Assembly: GCA_002310995.1 (NCBI GenBank)
Contig: DBYV01000055.1
Location: 12,596 to 76,595, forward strand
Length of the DNA stretch: 64,000 nt
Origin: a bacterium UBP6_UBA1177
GTDB lineage: Bacteria; UBP6; UBA1177
Direction: 5' to 3'
Position numbers and translations under genes: made by a program. Below, one piece after another: positions 43,206 to 53,187 of the stretch (position 1 is its first letter; every line of letters starts with the position of its first letter). The notes beneath the pieces are model-generated. The model ran no database searches, had not been told where the DNA came from, and worked only from the letters and a program-made list of their open reading frames with translations.

Positions 43206-46200
43206 ATGAGAAACTTAATTCCTGATTTAAAGCAACTTGGTTACTTTGACACTACTTCTGACAAAAAATCCGGAGCAGTTGACGCTTCCGTTATGTTTGT
43301 TGACATATCGGGTTTTACAAACATGACAAGACAGCTCATGTCGCGAGGAAGCGACGGTGCCGAAACGCTTTCGGTCTTCATGAACACGATATTCAATCCG
43401 CTTATTGAGGCAGTATATAACCAGAACGGGTTTATCCTCAACTTCGCCGGAGATGCTTTTACAGCAGTTTTCAAGGGAGATAACGGCCGGCGAGCAATAA
43501 CCGCGGCTCTGAACATCCGCAAGTTTTTCACCGAAAATCCCGCACTTTATCACCGAGGACAGGCTTTCAAAATTTCAGCTAAAGCCGGAATTTCAATCGG
43601 AAAATTCAACTGGATTGCAGCAAAAGGAGAGGAAAATCTCAGGCATTTCCTCTTTTTCGGTGATGTTGTTGACGAGGCTGCAGGAGCAGAACACCACTGC
43701 ACTGCAAACGACATCTGCATAAATGACAAAGTTTTCGAGATTCTCAAAAACGATTGTGTCACTCATATAAAAGAGGATGCTTGTTTTATTGACGATCTTA
43801 CTGTGCCGGCAGAAAGCGTTCCGGAGCAGGTTGAGCCTAAAATCGAAGACCTTGAGATTTTTATTCCGCACACCGTTATTGAACAGGAGATCGCCGGAGA
43901 GTTCCGCGAGGTTGTATCACTTTTCATTTCCTACATAATCGCGAACGACACTACTAAAATCGAGAATATGCTTGAATATCTGGCTAGTTACGTTCAGAAA
44001 TACGGTGGCTACATCAGCGGATTCGACTTCGGCGACAAAGGTGCAACACTGCTTGCGCTTTTCGGTGCGCCTGTAAGTTACGAAGACAACCTCGAACGCG
44101 CAATCGACTGTGTTGCCGAAATCAGAAAGAACTGCGATACAGAGCTCAGAAGCGGTATCACGCAGGGTGTTGTTTATGCCGGATTCGTCGGCAGTCCGAA
44201 ACGTGCGGCATACACCGCTTTGGGCGACAACGTAAACCTTTCTGCCAGAGTCATGATGAAAGCTCCTTACGGTGCCGACTGGATTGCAGGAAAGGCTGCC
44301 GAAAAAGCAAAAAGCGTCTTTGAACTCGAAAGCAAAGGTGATTTCGCTTTCAAAGGAATCGATGTTCCGGTAGAAGTTTTTGAAATAAAAGGGCACCTTA
44401 AAATCGAAGAGGAAATATCTTTTTCGACAGCTTTTACAGGCAGAACAGAAGAACTCAAAATACTTTTTGACACCCGCGACAAATGCCGCGAAACCGGCAG
44501 ACTTCACTGCTCGACAATCTACGGTGAAGCCGGCATAGGGAAATCGCGTCTGATTTACGAAGTTAGAAAGAATTCAACTAATGATTTCAGAGTATTAACT
44601 TTAAAGACAGACACTATACTCCGTCAGTCCCTGAATATGTTCACGAACTTTTTCCAGACGCTTTTCAACCAGAATGAAAATGTTTCCGTTAACGAAAATC
44701 ATGCCGCTTTCGAAAAGATGTGGACATCATTGTCGGCTGAAATCATAAATAAAAAAGAGGCTTTTGAAGCTTCGAAATCATATATCGCCGCTCTTGCCGG
44801 AATTTTCTGGGAAGGTTCTGTATACGATATTCTTGACGCTAAGAGCAGATATGAAAACACCATTTACGCAGTTTGCGATTTCTTTGCGGCAATAGCAGAA
44901 ACAAGACCGCTCATGCTCGTTCTTGACGACATGCATGCAGCAGACAGCGATTCACTCGCAATTGTCAGAGCTTTGGTAAAGGCTCTTGATGAATATCCGG
45001 TTGCTCTTTACATAATGTCAAGACTCAACGACGACGGTACAAAACCCGAAATTCTTACTACAACAGATGACCGTTTCCACGATATTGTTATCGACAAAAT
45101 GCAGAAAAGCGACATTCCGATGATGGTTAAAAACGTCCTCGGCGAAAAAGGAAACCGCGAACTCAACGACTTCGTTTTCTCGCGTACTGACGGCAACCCG
45201 TTCTTTATCGAACAGCTCGTTCTCTTCATGAAGGACAAAAAATACATCCAGAATACCGGCAAGTGCTATGCTCTCACAAGCAACAAGACCGAAGTTCCGA
45301 GCGGCGTCAACTCACTTCTTGTCAGTCGTCTTGACAGGCTTTCACAGCACTTGAAAGACCTGGTATTCCGCGCTTCCGTTCTCGGTAACAACATAGACCT
45401 TCTCGTTTTGAACGACATCGCTCAGGAGCAGGACAAAAACAACATTCCCAACCTGCTCAAAGAAGGTGTTGACGAACTTGTCTGGAACGAAGCATCTTCC
45501 CTGCTCTACTCGTTCAGACATGCTCTTCTGCGCGATGCGGCCTACTCGATGCAGCTTAAAGCGCGCCTCAAAGAGATTCACAAAAAGGTAGCAAACGCTA
45601 TCGAAAAGAACTATAAGGATGAAGAAAAATTCTTTTCCACTCTCGCTTTCCACTACGAAAAAGCCGAAGATACAGAAAAAGAAATTGTATATCTTAAAAA
45701 AGCCGCTGACTATGCAAAAGCACAGTATCACAATCAGGAAGCTGAAAAGATGTACGAAAAGCTTCTTGGTCTTCTCAAAGATGACGTAGAGATCATCAAA
45801 GTCGACCACAGTCTGGCTACTGTCTACCGAATTGAAGGAAAATGGGATCTTACAGAAAAATTATTCAAAGAGAGCCTTGAACGTTCACAGAATATCGGAA
45901 ACAAGCTCCTCATTGCTACAAGTATGAAGGAACTTGCCAACATGATGCTTCAGAAAGGGCGTTACGATGAGGCAAACCCGCTCCTCGATGAAGCCGAAAC
46001 ATTTTATAACGAACTCAATGACATCAAAGGCAAATGCGATGTTGAAGGTTTCCGCGGACTTATTCACTACTACAAAGGTGAACTTGATGATGCGGTCGAG
46101 CACTTCACCGAGAAACTCCGTCTTGCCGAAATTATTGACGACAAATCTGCAAAAGCACTTTCCTACAGATATATGGGCGGTGTTGCATACTACCGCGGCG

Positions 46201-47003
46201 ACTATCAGAAAGCCCTGCAACACTACAAAAACCAGTTGAAAATTTCGAAAGAGATCGAAAACCTGCTTGACATTGCAGTTGCAGACAACAATATAGGTCT
46301 CGTCTACTCATACATCAATGACTTCAAAAACGCTGCAAAGTTCTATCGTAGAGCGCTTGAAACCTATAAAAAAGTCGGCATCAAGCAGTATATATGCTAC
46401 ACCTCGAACAATCTGGGAGAGCTTAAATATTGGATCGGCGAATACGACGAAGCCAAATCGCTTATCGAAGATCAGCTTGCTATCGCTACTGAACTCGGAA
46501 TCCGCCGCCATGTCGCCCTTGCACACCTCATTCTGGGTAACATTGCGAAAAAAGAAGGAAATTTTGACAAATCAGAGGAGCACTACCTTCAGGCGATATC
46601 CATAGCAAAAGAGCTCAACGCCAGCAACATCCTGTGTGAATTCATGTTTGAATACGCCGACCTTCTTTTCCGCACAAAAAAATACGACAAGGCATTCGAA
46701 CTTAGCTTGGAAGCAGGAAAAATCATTGAAGAAGTCGACCGCAATGATCTGCAGTTCAAGAACAGGCTTTTCCAGTGCAAACTGACATCTTTAAAAGATC
46801 CGGAGAAAGCTGTAAAAATGATTAAAGATATGATGACAGATGATCTTGAAGGCGAAAGCCTTGCTGCTGTCAACGTAGGTCTATTCAATCTGACTCATGA
46901 AGAACAATACCGAGACAAAGCAATCAAAGTAATCAGCTCCCTTTACGAAACAGCTCCGAAAATACTCTACAAAGAAACTCTGGAGTATTTGAGAACAAAA
47001 TAA
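43206..47003 (+). CDS. tandem class III nucleotidyl cyclase domains + AAA/STAND ATPase + TPR array
   Basis: The ATG at 43206 lies downstream of TTGTTT-N16-TATAAT (43146-43173). CHD1 has VMFVDISGFT and FAGDAF. CHD2 has LGDNVNLSARVM. The P-loop is GEAGIGKSRL and Walker B is MLVLDDMH. The C-terminal ~450 aa are TPR-like. Confidence 0.8.
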   Translation: MRNLIPDLKQLGYFDTTSDKKSGAVDASVMFVDISGFTNMTRQLMSRGSDGAETLSVFMNTIFNPLIEAVYNQNGFILNFAGDAFTAVFKGDNGRRAITAALNIRKFFTENPALYHRGQAFKISAKAGISIGKFNWIAAKGEENLRHFLFFGDVVDEAAGAEHHCTANDICINDKVFEILKNDCVTHIKEDACFIDDLTVPAESVPEQVEPKIEDLEIFIPHTVIEQEIAGEFREVVSLFISYIIANDTTKIENMLEYLASYVQKYGGYISGFDFGDKGATLLALFGAPVSYEDNLERAIDCVAEIRKNCDTELRSGITQGVVYAGFVGSPKRAAYTALGDNVNLSARVMMKAPYGADWIAGKAAEKAKSVFELESKGDFAFKGIDVPVEVFEIKGHLKIEEEISFSTAFTGRTEELKILFDTRDKCRETGRLHCSTIYGEAGIGKSRLIYEVRKNSTNDFRVLTLKTDTILRQSLNMFTNFFQTLFNQNENVSVNENHAAFEKMWTSLSAEIINKKEAFEASKSYIAALAGIFWEGSVYDILDAKSRYENTIYAVCDFFAAIAETRPLMLVLDDMHAADSDSLAIVRALVKALDEYPVALYIMSRLNDDGTKPEILTTTDDRFHDIVIDKMQKSDIPMMVKNVLGEKGNRELNDFVFSRTDGNPFFIEQLVLFMKDKKYIQNTGKCYALTSNKTEVPSGVNSLLVSRLDRLSQHLKDLVFRASVLGNNIDLLVLNDIAQEQDKNNIPNLLKEGVDELVWNEASSLLYSFRHALLRDAAYSMQLKARLKEIHKKVANAIEKNYKDEEKFFSTLAFHYEKAEDTEKEIVYLKKAADYAKAQYHNQEAEKMYEKLLGLLKDDVEIIKVDHSLATVYRIEGKWDLTEKLFKESLERSQNIGNKLLIATSMKELANMMLQKGRYDEANPLLDEAETFYNELNDIKGKCDVEGFRGLIHYYKGELDDAVEHFTEKLRLAEIIDDKSAKALSYRYMGGVAYYRGDYQKALQHYKNQLKISKEIENLLDIAVADNNIGLVYSYINDFKNAAKFYRRALETYKKVGIKQYICYTSNNLGELKYWIGEYDEAKSLIEDQLAIATELGIRRHVALAHLILGNIAKKEGNFDKSEEHYLQAISIAKELNASNILCEFMFEYADLLFRTKKYDKAFELSLEAGKIIEEVDRNDLQFKNRLFQCKLTSLKDPEKAVKMIKDMMTDDLEGESLAAVNVGLFNLTHEEQYRDKAIKVISSLYETAPKILYKETLEYLRTK

Positions 47004-47061
47004 GCTACACAGCTGATTTCATTAAACAAACATGGTACGAATCTATACAGCCGTACTTTTT

Positions 47062-48183
47062 TCAGATATTTTTTGCAAAGAATTCCTTTATTTTTTCAGA
47101 AACAAAAGCGACTTCTTCAGCACTTAAATGTTCGCCTATCGGAAGTGAAAGAAGTGAGTGAGATTCTCTGACCGCGCGGTAATCACGGCAATAGTTCATA
47201 TGATTTGCAAACGCCGGCTGTTCAGGAAGCGAAAGCGGATAGTGGATTCCAGTTTCAATGCCGCAATTTTTTAAATATTCCCGCAGGTTATCCCGTTTTC
47301 CAGTTTTAATTACAAAAAGGTGCCACGCATCAAGGGTTTCAGGATAAAATTTCGGAAGAACGATTTCTTCAATGCCTGAAAGCTGCTCTATATAACTTTT
47401 TGCGACACAGTTTCTTGCTGCAACCCACTCGTCCAGATGTTTCAGTTTGACATTGAGAATAGCCGCCTGAATGGTATCCATTCTTGAATTTATTCCGGCA
47501 AATTCGTGGAAATATTTCAACGATCTTCCGTGGTTACAGAACATTTTCGCTTTTTTGGCCTTTTCTTCATCATTAAGAAGAATCGCTCCGGCGTCCCCAG
47601 CCGCCCCCAGAACTTTTCCGGGATAAAAACTGAAACCTGCTCCGTCGGCGAGACTTCCTGCTTTTTTTCTGCGATAGATTGCGCCGTGAGCCTGAGCAGC
47701 ATCCTCGAAAAGTTTCAGATCGTGCTTTTCGGCGATTTTTTTAAGCGGATCCATATCAGCCGGATGTCCGTAAAGATGGACTGCAATAATTGCTGAAGTA
47801 TTCGGATTTATTAAAGATTCCACACTTTCAGGCGAAATCGTGAAATCTTCTTTTATGTCTGCGAAAACAGGCTTAAGACCGTTGGAAACAACTGCTTCGG
47901 CTGTCGCGATGAAAGTATTTGCCGGAAGGATCACTTCGCTTCCTTTAGGTAAATCATAAACTTTCAAAAGAGCCGTCAGCGCGTCAGTTCCGTTTCCGCA
48001 GGAAATACAATGAGTTACGCCGCAATAATTTGTAAAACTCTCTTCGAATTTTTCAACTTCCGCGCCTTTAATAAAAGAAGCATTGGCAAAAACCGCCTGA
48101 ACCGCGCTGTCGATTTCATTTTTAAGCAGAGAATACTGTTTCTTCAGGTCTAAAAATTTAACTTCCATTGTTTTTTCACGCAT
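47062..48183 (-). CDS. DegT/DnrJ/EryC1/StrS-family PLP-dependent sugar aminotransferase
   Basis: FLDLKKQY, GNGTDAL and the SFYPGKVLGA Lys region. The start may be the ATG at 48168 (MEVKFLDL). Confidence 0.85.
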   Translation of the reverse strand: MREKTMEVKFLDLKKQYSLLKNEIDSAVQAVFANASFIKGAEVEKFEESFTNYCGVTHCISCGNGTDALTALLKVYDLPKGSEVILPANTFIATAEAVVSNGLKPVFADIKEDFTISPESVESLINPNTSAIIAVHLYGHPADMDPLKKIAEKHDLKLFEDAAQAHGAIYRRKKAGSLADGAGFSFYPGKVLGAAGDAGAILLNDEEKAKKAKMFCNHGRSLKYFHEFAGINSRMDTIQAAILNVKLKHLDEWVAARNCVAKSYIEQLSGIEEIVLPKFYPETLDAWHLFVIKTGKRDNLREYLKNCGIETGIHYPLSLPEQPAFANHMNYCRDYRAVRESHSLLSLPIGEHLSAEEVAFVSEKIKEFFAKNI

Positions 48184-49693
48184 TTACAAGGTGGGTTGTC
48201 GCAAATTCAGGCTCGCTCGTTACATTGAGACCGAGCTTTCTGAGCCCCATTTCGTCGCCCGGAGTCGGAATGTGGGTAAGATGGACTTCGCAACCGCGCA
48301 GATCTTTGAGTTTTTCCATCGCGAACGCCGCAGAGGGATTGTAAGCCGCGCTTATAGCAAGAGCGATCAACGTTTCCTCGACATCTAGACTAACATTTCC
48401 GCGCATAAAAATATTCTGTTTGAGGTGAGCAACCATTTCTGTGATGTGATTCGGAATAAGCGGAATTTCCTTGGGAATTCCAGCAAGTTTTTTAACCGCG
48501 TTTATAACCATTGCCGAAGCCGCGTGCATGAAAGGAGAGTTACTTCCCGTCACAAATTCGCCGTTTTTGAGCTCGATCGCCGCGCCGGAATAGGTCCCGT
48601 CACTCCCTTTGCCTTTGACTTTCGCATCGAAAGCCGCCTTTTTCGCATACTCGGAAACCTCTCTGTCTGACGGCTTTGCACCGATATTTTTCATAATCAT
48701 TTCAGCACGCTGCGCTGTTTCTTCACTGGCGATGCCCATCGCGTATTCGCAGGCATAGCGGTAGTATCTGCGGATGATCTCCTGCTTTGAAGCCTCCTGA
48801 ACAGCCTCGTCGTCGATGATTCCGAATCCGGCGCGGTTGACACCCATGTCGGTCGGAGATTTATAGACCGAAGGCTGACCTGTGATCTTCTCGATTATCC
48901 TTTTGATAAGCGGGAAAGCTTCAAGGTCGCGGTTGTAGTTGACAGCGACTTCGCCGTAAGCCTCGTAATGGAAGTTGTCCATCATGTTGACATCCTTGAG
49001 GTCGCAGGTCGCCGATTCGTAAGCAACATTGACTAAATGTTTGAGCGGAAGATTCCAGATCGGGAAAGTCTCGAACTTCGCATAACCCGCGTTCACACCG
49101 CGCTGGTTTTCGTGATAAAGCTGGCTCAGGCATGTCGCGAATTTGCCGCTTCCCGGGCCGGGGCCAGTGACTACGACTATCGGTTTTTCGGTTTCGATGA
49201 AAGCGTTTTTGCCGTAACCTTCAGGACTTACGATCGTATCGACATCGGTCGGATAACCTTTTGTGAAGCTGTGGGTATAGACTTTTACGCCGCGCCTTTC
49301 GAGTTTGTTTTTGAAGGCTTCCGCAGCAGGCTGGCCGTTGAAACGGGTTATGACAACAGCTCTGACCGTAACACCGCGGTCGGTGAAATCGTCGATCGTC
49401 CGCATCGTGTCGGCATCGTAGGAAACGCCGAAATCTGCGCGGATCTTTCTTTTCTCGATATCGCCAGCGTAAATGCACATGATGACCTCGGCATTGTCCT
49501 TGATCATCTGCAAGAGGCGCATTTTTACATTCGGGTCGAAGCCCGGCAGAACACGCGCCGCGTGGTAGTCGTACATGATTTTGCCGCCGAACTCGAGATA
49601 GAGCTTGTTATTGAACATTTTTACACGTTCAAGGATCGCTTTGGATTGTTCTTCCAGATACTTTTCGTTGTCGAAACCGATTTTAAAGACCAT
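48176..49693 (-). CDS. DUF1846 (UPF0371) family protein
   Basis: MVFKIGFDNEKYLEEQSKAILERV...LYLEFGGKIMYDYHAARVLPGFDPN matches my memory of the UPF0371 N-terminus. A purine-rich GGGGGA precedes the ATG at 49693. Confidence 0.75.
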   Translation of the reverse strand: MVFKIGFDNEKYLEEQSKAILERVKMFNNKLYLEFGGKIMYDYHAARVLPGFDPNVKMRLLQMIKDNAEVIMCIYAGDIEKRKIRADFGVSYDADTMRTIDDFTDRGVTVRAVVITRFNGQPAAEAFKNKLERRGVKVYTHSFTKGYPTDVDTIVSPEGYGKNAFIETEKPIVVVTGPGPGSGKFATCLSQLYHENQRGVNAGYAKFETFPIWNLPLKHLVNVAYESATCDLKDVNMMDNFHYEAYGEVAVNYNRDLEAFPLIKRIIEKITGQPSVYKSPTDMGVNRAGFGIIDDEAVQEASKQEIIRRYYRYACEYAMGIASEETAQRAEMIMKNIGAKPSDREVSEYAKKAAFDAKVKGKGSDGTYSGAAIELKNGEFVTGSNSPFMHAASAMVINAVKKLAGIPKEIPLIPNHITEMVAHLKQNIFMRGNVSLDVEETLIALAISAAYNPSAAFAMEKLKDLRGCEVHLTHIPTPGDEMGLRKLGLNVTSEPEFATTHLVNA

Positions 49694-49809
49694 TTTTCCC
49701 CCATTTTTGATCGAAACATTGCAACTCAAAAAACACTCAAAAACGGGATTTAGTATATAGAAAAAAATTTTTTCAAGGCAAGGAAAAATTCACTTTTCGG
49801 AAGGATTTT

Positions 49810-51159
49810 TCAGTTCAGTTCTTTGACCAGATTTTTGATCCATTTTTTCGAGATGTAGCGTTTGAAACCCCAGCCGAATTTTATGGCTTCCTCGATTTTT
49901 CCGAGGAGGAGGACCCAGTAAAGCGGAAGCTGGAACACGACCGCTCCGATAAAAGAAACGGGAACTGAGACGAGCCAGAGCGCACCGACATCGATGAGGA
50001 ATGCCGCCTTTGTGTCACCGCCGCTGCGTAAGATGCCGACAATATTGAGGTTATTGAATGCGACTACCGGAAGGAAAAGTATCCAGACGAGGGTGCTTTT
50101 GTAAGCCAGATCGCGGACACTTTCCGAAATGTTGTAGACTGAAAGTATCGGGTCGGTAAAAAGAAAGACGAGGAACGAGAGAAAAACACCGGTCGAGATC
50201 GCGAGTTTCACAAGTCTTTTTGAAGTTTTCCACACTTTTTCGCTTTCGATCCCGGCTCCGATATCGTGACCTAAAACGACAGCTCCCGAATTGCCGATAC
50301 CGATGAAAGCGGCGAAGAAAAGTTTCGTAACGCTGTCGGAAATATTGATTGCGGCAATTGATTCAGTCCCCAGTTTCGCATAGATCCAGTTGAGTGCAAG
50401 AATGCCCAAAGCCCATGTGATTTCATTGAAGAAAACAGGAGTTGCAGTGACTAAAAGCTGCTTTAACAAATCTTTTTTCGCGCTCACAAGCTCATCAAAT
50501 TTAGCCGCAGCCGCAAGTTTTCTGATGTAGGCGTAAGCCAGCGTGAACGCTGTTTCGGCAATTCTCGCGATAAATGTCGCAAGTGCCGCTCCCTGAATCC
50601 CCATCGCCGGGAAACCGAGATGTCCGAAAATTAAAACCCAGTTGAAAAATATGTTGATGATAAGCGCCATGGCACACGAATAGACGGGAAGCCGCGGACT
50701 GTCGGTACTTCGCAAAACCACCTGATAAATGAATGAAACTGCCGTAAAAATGTAGCTCCACGAGACGATTTTCAGATATTCGCAGGCGAGCGTGACGACT
50801 TTTTCGTCTTTAGAAAAGAGCCCGACAATAAATCCGGGGAAAAAACGCGCCCCGGTAAAAGCGGCAAGCGAAACAAAAATACCGAGAGTCAGAATCACAC
50901 CCATGACGCGCCGCAGATTGAGGAGATCACCCTTGCCGTAGAACTGCGAAATGAAGATCTGACCGCCGCTACCCATTCCGAAAAGGAAAAGAATGAGGAG
51001 AAACATAAGCTGATTGCTTATTCCGAGCGCCGCGATCGCCTCTTCTCCCAGCTGCCCCACCATAAAAACATCCGCCATATTTATCGCGGAAATCATTAAA
51101 TTGTGGATCGCAATCGGAATAGCGATTCCGAACACGCGTCTGTAAAAACCTGATTCCAT
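49810..51159 (-). CDS. MATE-family efflux transporter
   Basis: 449 aa with about 12 TM helices. The N-terminal pattern IAIPIAIHNLMISAINMADVFMVGQLGEEAIAALG is typical. Confidence 0.85.
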   Translation of the reverse strand: MESGFYRRVFGIAIPIAIHNLMISAINMADVFMVGQLGEEAIAALGISNQLMFLLILFLFGMGSGGQIFISQFYGKGDLLNLRRVMGVILTLGIFVSLAAFTGARFFPGFIVGLFSKDEKVVTLACEYLKIVSWSYIFTAVSFIYQVVLRSTDSPRLPVYSCAMALIINIFFNWVLIFGHLGFPAMGIQGAALATFIARIAETAFTLAYAYIRKLAAAAKFDELVSAKKDLLKQLLVTATPVFFNEITWALGILALNWIYAKLGTESIAAINISDSVTKLFFAAFIGIGNSGAVVLGHDIGAGIESEKVWKTSKRLVKLAISTGVFLSFLVFLFTDPILSVYNISESVRDLAYKSTLVWILFLPVVAFNNLNIVGILRSGGDTKAAFLIDVGALWLVSVPVSFIGAVVFQLPLYWVLLLGKIEEAIKFGWGFKRYISKKWIKNLVKELN

Positions 51160-51250
51160 TAGCTATTTTTTGCTAAAAATCCAATTATCCAACAAAAAAA
51201 ACGGTGTATTATATTTATATTTTCAGGGAAATCGAGAAAGAAGTTTCAGG

Positions 51251-52246
51251 CTATTTTGCTGCTTGAACAAAAAATGCCGGAATTTCGCGGTTAAAAATCG
51301 CTCTGATATTAAGAGCCTCTTCTGGAGTCAGTTTTTTAACAAAAATCGTAAGATTAGCCTCAAGTTTTCCGTCTGAAAACAAAATTTCAAGCTCGTAGTT
51401 TTCAGTTTTTGACCTTAACGCCTCTTTTTTCTGCAAATCAGGATAAAACAAGGAGATTTTGTATGTTCCGTGGTCGCTTTCTTTATCGCTGAGGTACTCA
51501 GTTTTCGGGATTCTTATGCCTTTTAGTCCTTTTCCTTTAAGAGAACAGGTGCTTGGAGCAAACAGCGGTTCTGATGTTTCGTCAGCTTTGACTCCGAGGA
51601 GCTCGAAAAGTTCCTTTTTTTCGTAAGGGAGCTGGTTTTCCGTTATTATTTTAGCATCAAAAGTGTCGTTTCTCCCGATTTTCAGATAGAAAAACTCCCT
51701 CAACGGAAAAACTTTTTCCCAGTTTCCTTTTGAATAGACAAATTCGGGGTGAACAACCTTGCCGAGGTGATTTGTGAAGATTCCGTCTTCGCTTTTTGAA
51801 AGAATCTGCCCTGTCGTATCGCTCATTTCTTCAAATTTTGCAGTCGAATCAAAAAAAAGCAGTGTTTCAGCAGTTTCAATATAGCGCCAGTTTTCGGGAA
51901 GAGATATCGCCGCACTTTTCTTTTTGACAGTAAACACTTTTTTTGAGGGGAAAAAACGGACCGAACGCGAACAAAGTTTTTTGTTTCTGAAAAAGAATTC
52001 AACGCCGTCAAGCGGATTGCTGCAGTCAAGCTCTTCTACAACAACGACATTTCTTTCTTCAATGATATTAATACCTTCTTCAGAAATGCAGGAGCCATAT
52101 CTTTGAAGATAGCGCCGACGGACAGCAATATCGTCACTGTGAAGTGCAATTGATTTATATAGTTCTTCTTCTATGTCGAATCTTGACTGGCAAACAGGAT
52201 TTTCTGCTGAAACTGCGAGAAATAACGCGAATAAAAACGAAAACAC
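51251..52246 (-). CDS. secreted protein, unknown function
   Basis: The GTG start shares one nucleotide with the rplS stop (TAGTG). The signal peptide is FSFLFALFLAVSA. No family recognised. Confidence 0.55.
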   Translation of the reverse strand: MFSFLFALFLAVSAENPVCQSRFDIEEELYKSIALHSDDIAVRRRYLQRYGSCISEEGINIIEERNVVVVEELDCSNPLDGVEFFFRNKKLCSRSVRFFPSKKVFTVKKKSAAISLPENWRYIETAETLLFFDSTAKFEEMSDTTGQILSKSEDGIFTNHLGKVVHPEFVYSKGNWEKVFPLREFFYLKIGRNDTFDAKIITENQLPYEKKELFELLGVKADETSEPLFAPSTCSLKGKGLKGIRIPKTEYLSDKESDHGTYKISLFYPDLQKKEALRSKTENYELEILFSDGKLEANLTIFVKKLTPEEALNIRAIFNREIPAFFVQAAK

Positions 52247-52605
52247 TACCAGATGTTTTTCGGTTTGATTCTTGCTGCGTTGCCTTTACGAAGTCTCTGA
52301 TAATAAAGTTTGCTTCTGCGAACGAGACCTCTGTTTACGAGCTCTATCTTTTCAATCATCGGAGAATGAAGCGGGAATATCTTCTCAACGCCGTAACCGC
52401 CGGAGAACTTTCTTACAGTTATTGTGGTTCTGTTGTTGTCTCTTCCGTTTTTAATAGCGATAACATCGCCCTTGAAGATCTGGATACGAACCTTTTCGCC
52501 TTCGATAATACGGGTGTGAACTTCGATTTTATCTCCCGGTTTTACATAGTAGTGGTCAATTCTTCTCTGCTGATTTTCAAGTTTTTGAATAATGTTGGTT
52601 GTCAT
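52246..52605 (-). CDS. rplS: 50S ribosomal protein L19
   Basis: A GGAGGAG RBS precedes the ATG at 52605. FKGDVIAIKN...TITVRKFSGGYGVEKIFPLHSPMIEKIELVNRGLVRRSKLYY is a canonical L19 sequence. Confidence 0.95.
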   Translation of the reverse strand: MTTNIIQKLENQQRRIDHYYVKPGDKIEVHTRIIEGEKVRIQIFKGDVIAIKNGRDNNRTTITVRKFSGGYGVEKIFPLHSPMIEKIELVNRGLVRRSKLYYQRLRKGNAARIKPKNIW

Positions 52606-52638
52606 TTTTATCTCCTCCAAAAATAACGCGGCGGTATA

Positions 52639-53187
52639 TTAGTCACTTAAAGACAATCTGTCAATAAAAATCGACACCGCGCTTCTTACACTCAAGTGAT
52701 TGTAGCCAGTTCCAATATCTATCGGTTCAAGAATAAAGTCCAATGAATTCAAAAAGTTATCTTCCATTCCGCCAGCTGTTCCGAAGAGTATCAGAACAGG
52801 TTTGTTTTTTTGTTCTTTAAGCTGTTTCAGCGTGATGTATTTTTCTTTTTTTCTTGCGGTCGTTCCAACCGTTACCGGTTTTTCGCCCCATTTTTCTTCG
52901 ATTTCTTTTTTTGCTTCGTCAAGACTTGAGACAACTTTCATGACCTGAAGAGCTTTGAATCTGTCAGGATTGTAGGTTTTTCCTTCACCTTGAGTCCAAT
53001 GCGATGCAAGCTGAGCAGCAATCGAGCGCATTTTTTCGTCGGGATGGATCACAAAATAACCTCCGAGGCCGTAAGTGGCGCAGACTCTCGCGATGTCATG
53101 CAGATCAAGGTTTGTTATTGAAGACGTGATGGTCGCACCGTTTCTGAGAACGGGGCTGTGGATTAATCCGATATAAAAATTTTTCAT
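52639..53187 (-). CDS. SPOUT-like RNA methyltransferase (Methyltrn_RNA_4 / DUF2168-like)
   Basis: It has an ATGA overlap with the trmD stop. LHDIARVCATYG and its position between trmD and rplS match my memory of that family. Unverified. Confidence 0.5.
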   Translation of the reverse strand: MKNFYIGLIHSPVLRNGATITSSITNLDLHDIARVCATYGLGGYFVIHPDEKMRSIAAQLASHWTQGEGKTYNPDRFKALQVMKVVSSLDEAKKEIEEKWGEKPVTVGTTARKKEKYITLKQLKEQKNKPVLILFGTAGGMEDNFLNSLDFILEPIDIGTGYNHLSVRSAVSIFIDRLSLSD

